This document shows positions 61,644 through 64,000 of a DNA stretch of 64,000 nt, piece by piece. The DNA is taken from assembly GCA_965223845.1 (NCBI GenBank), contig CBDCXR010000004.1, positions 7,264,001 through 7,328,000 of the forward strand, read 5' to 3'. The notes beneath the pieces are model-generated. The model saw only the letters and a list, made by a program, of their open reading frames with translations. It did not search any database and was not told the DNA's origin. A program made the position numbers and the translations under genes. How positions within the stretch are numbered: position 1 is the stretch's first letter; each line of letters opens with the position of its first letter. This stretch comes from Planctomycetota bacterium. Lineage in GTDB: Bacteria > Planctomycetota > UBA8108 > SXIK01.

Positions 61644-61875
61644 AGATTGCACACGAAGAACGCGAAGGAAGACGAAACGGGAAGACAGCATGAATAGGAA
61701 ACGCTGATCAGAGCGGAAACGGGTCGTCCAGATAGATCGGCGTTCTTGATCCACCCCGATCGCAATCATCGCGCTTTCTACTCGAATCTCCGTTTCCCAT
61801 CCTATTTCCTATTCCTAACTACCTACTCCTACTTCGTCTTTCTTCGCGTGCCTTCGCGTTCTTCGTGTGAAATCT
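61644..61875. repeat. Intergenic element bounded by 25-bp inverted repeats (REP/MITE-like)
   Basis: AGATTGCACACGAAGAACGCGAAGG (61644-61668) and CCTTCGCGTTCTTCGTGTGAAATCT (61851-61875) match at 24/25; related half-site at 21131-21163. Confidence 0.65.
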
Positions 61876-61889
61876 TCTTACGAGCAACA

Positions 61890-63299
61890 TCAGAAAGCCC
61901 TAGTCCGCATCCACCGCTCGATCGCCTCGATCTCCTTTGGAACCCCCGCACTCAAGACCTCCGTCCCCGTTTCGGTCACGAGGAGGTCATCCTCGATGCG
62001 GATCCCGAGCTCCTCTTCCTCGATGTAGATCCCCGGTTCGATCGTGAGCACCATTCCCGGCGCGAGCTCGCGGATGGGCATCGGGTCGTGGACATTGAGT
62101 CCGATGCCGTGCGAGATGCCGTGCGGAAGGTACTTTCGAACCTGCTCGTCCGATTCGATGAGGCCGATCGCCTTGAGCCCGCGCGCGGTTTCGCGCCGTG
62201 CGACGGCGTTGATTTCCCCGATCGTTGCGCCCGGCTTCACCGTCTCGATGCACGCCTTCTGCACCTCGAGGACGATCGCGTAGATCGCCTTCTGTCGCGC
62301 GGTGAACCGGCCGTTCGCCGGAATCGTGCGCGTGACGTCGGCCGAGTAGAAGCCGTACTCCGCGCCGACGTCCATGAGAACGAGGTCGCCGTCCTCGATC
62401 TTCCGGCCGTAGCGCTGGTAGTGGAGGATGCACGAGTTCGGGCCCGAGCCGACGATCGACGGAAAGCCCCAGCCCGAACAGCCGTGCTCGAGAAACGTGC
62501 CCTCGATCACCGAGCGGAGATGGTATTCGTGCTGCCCCGGTCGCACCGCGCGCATCGCGCGGCGGAGCGCCTCGGTGGTCGTATCGATCGCGTAGCGAAG
62601 CATCGCGATCTCCGCATCGGATTTCACCTGCCGGAGCGGGAGCGTGAGAAGCCGCGGTGATTCGATCCGGATCCGAAACGCGTTGCTGCCGATCGCCTGC
62701 TGCAGAAAGCCGTACCCGGCTGTGACCGGCTCGCCCGGCTCGAAGCCACGGGCCGCGAAGAAGAGCGGCCGCCGCGGTGTGAGCTCGCGCTTCAAGAGGG
62801 GATCGAGCTCGTCCATGGTGAGAACGGAGTCACCCCGAATGCCGGTCCTGTCGGCGAGCTCCTTCGGGCTGAGATGGCGACCTTCCCAAATCACGAACCG
62901 GGGATCCTGCGGAGTGTAGAAAAGAATCTCGCGGCCCAGTTCGCCGAGCTCGTTCGCGCTGAGGAGGAGAGCGCCGCGTGGTTCGTCGATCCCCGTGAGG
63001 TAGACGAGATTGTCGTCGGGCCGGTACGGGTAGAACACGTCGCCCGCGAAGTGATCGAGCGGACTCGCAGTGATGAGGTAGAGCGCGTCCTCGCCTCCTT
63101 GCTCGCGCATCCGCTCGATGACCGCGGCACGGCGGGACGCGTATTCGCTCGCCGGCGCGATTCCCGGCGGAGGATCTGCGTGCGAGGACGGGAACGTGAG
63201 GGCTAGAACGCACGCGACGAAGCGCGCGACGCGTCGGCGCGAAGTCCTTGCGGCGCACGGCAAAGTGCGATCGAAGAGCTGAAGGCGAGGCGACGTCAT
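61890..63299 (-). CDS. pepP: Xaa-Pro aminopeptidase (M24B), with signal-like N-terminus
   Basis: NLVYLTGIDEP, LRQVKSDAEI, IVGSGPNSCILHY, MDVGAEYGFYSADVTRT, HGISHGIGLNVHD, TIEPGIY, GIRIEDD. Confidence 0.92.
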   Translation of the reverse strand: MTSPRLQLFDRTLPCAARTSRRRVARFVACVLALTFPSSHADPPPGIAPASEYASRRAAVIERMREQGGEDALYLITASPLDHFAGDVFYPYRPDDNLVYLTGIDEPRGALLLSANELGELGREILFYTPQDPRFVIWEGRHLSPKELADRTGIRGDSVLTMDELDPLLKRELTPRRPLFFAARGFEPGEPVTAGYGFLQQAIGSNAFRIRIESPRLLTLPLRQVKSDAEIAMLRYAIDTTTEALRRAMRAVRPGQHEYHLRSVIEGTFLEHGCSGWGFPSIVGSGPNSCILHYQRYGRKIEDGDLVLMDVGAEYGFYSADVTRTIPANGRFTARQKAIYAIVLEVQKACIETVKPGATIGEINAVARRETARGLKAIGLIESDEQVRKYLPHGISHGIGLNVHDPMPIRELAPGMVLTIEPGIYIEEEELGIRIEDDLLVTETGTEVLSAGVPKEIEAIERWMRTRAF

Positions 63300-63481
63300 G
63301 GGCGGCGTTCGAAGGGAGTGGGGGAATCGGGGGCTGCGAGGGCGGGATGGGCCTCTCCGCCGCAGCCCGGAGCGCGTGGGTTGATCATACCACAGCGATC
63401 CAGTACGACGGGGCGTCGGGACACGCGCCCGGCGAAGCGCGAATCCAGAAAGTCACGACAGATGGAAAGATAGCGAAAGCC

Positions 63482-64000
63482 ATGACGGACCGACCTTCCT
63501 CCGATCTCCTGCGTCGACTCACTCTCGCCGCCGGCCCGCCCGGATCCGAAGACGCGGTGCGCGCGATTGTCCGCGAGGAGCTCGACGGGATCGGTTCGAT
63601 TGCGTACGACCGACTCGGAAGTCTCCTCTGTGAGAAGCGCGGAACGAGCGATGCGCCTCGAATCGCGATCGACGCTCATCTCGACGAAGTCGGCTTCATG
63701 GTGCAGAGCATCGGCGACGAGGGGCACCTTTCGTTCGTTGCGCTCGGCGGTTGGTGGGAGCACGTTCTTCCCGCTCAGCGCGTCGACATCGTCACCGACG
63801 GCGGTCTCGTTCCGGGAGTGATCGGCGCGACGCCGCCCCACTTTCTGGCGGCGAGCGATCGTAAGCGACTCGTCGACCTGAAGAACATGTTCATCGACGT
63901 GGGCGCGAGCACGGTGGACGAGGTCGCGGAGCTCGGCATCCGCGTCGGCGATTCGATCGTTCCCCGCGGGGAGTGGATCGAGTTTCATGCCGACGGAGTG
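63482..64000 (+). CDS. M42-family metalloaminopeptidase, truncated by the window edge
   Basis: Hand translation MTDRPSSDLLRRLTLAAGPPGSEDAVR...DRLGSL...IDAHLDEVGFMV...LGGWW...GVIGATPPH. Confidence 0.9.
   Translation, partial: MTDRPSSDLLRRLTLAAGPPGSEDAVRAIVREELDGIGSIAYDRLGSLLCEKRGTSDAPRIAIDAHLDEVGFMVQSIGDEGHLSFVALGGWWEHVLPAQRVDIVTDGGLVPGVIGATPPHFLAASDRKRLVDLKNMFIDVGASTVDEVAELGIRVGDSIVPRGEWIEFHADGV

Overview
GC-rich bacterial chromosome segment, probably an uncultured Planctomycetota. This assignment is inferred from the planctomycete-type dockerin, the Ser/Thr kinase-FHA signalling and the large T2SS-like proteins. The left half (4.1-34.4 kb) is a type II secretion system split into two convergent arms: gspK-orphan-gspL/pilM-gspM on +, and gspD-E-F-G-H-I-J on -. 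Between the arms lie three Kelch beta-propeller lipoprotein genes, two nucleotide-identical HEAT-repeat genes and a mini-ORF carrying only the last propeller strands. A secretin-N-domain-only protein, an FHA-GAF-sigma54 activator and a Ser/Thr kinase lie upstream, and sigma54-type promoters precede gspD and one Kelch paralog. The right half is mostly housekeeping: a MarR-controlled QueG-like/SCP2 gene, leuA-cimA with a Leu/Ile attenuator, pheA fused to an apparently inactive DAHP-synthase domain, ilvE, lptG-like, heme genes (hemD, C, A, E, L) and peptidases. A lower-GC islet (dockerin-FGE, Cys-rich secreted protein, ECF sigma, GT-C-like membrane protein) interrupts the heme genes. No rRNA, tRNA, CRISPR, reverse transcriptase or transposase was seen. 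All calls come from reading motifs by eye; no database search was run.
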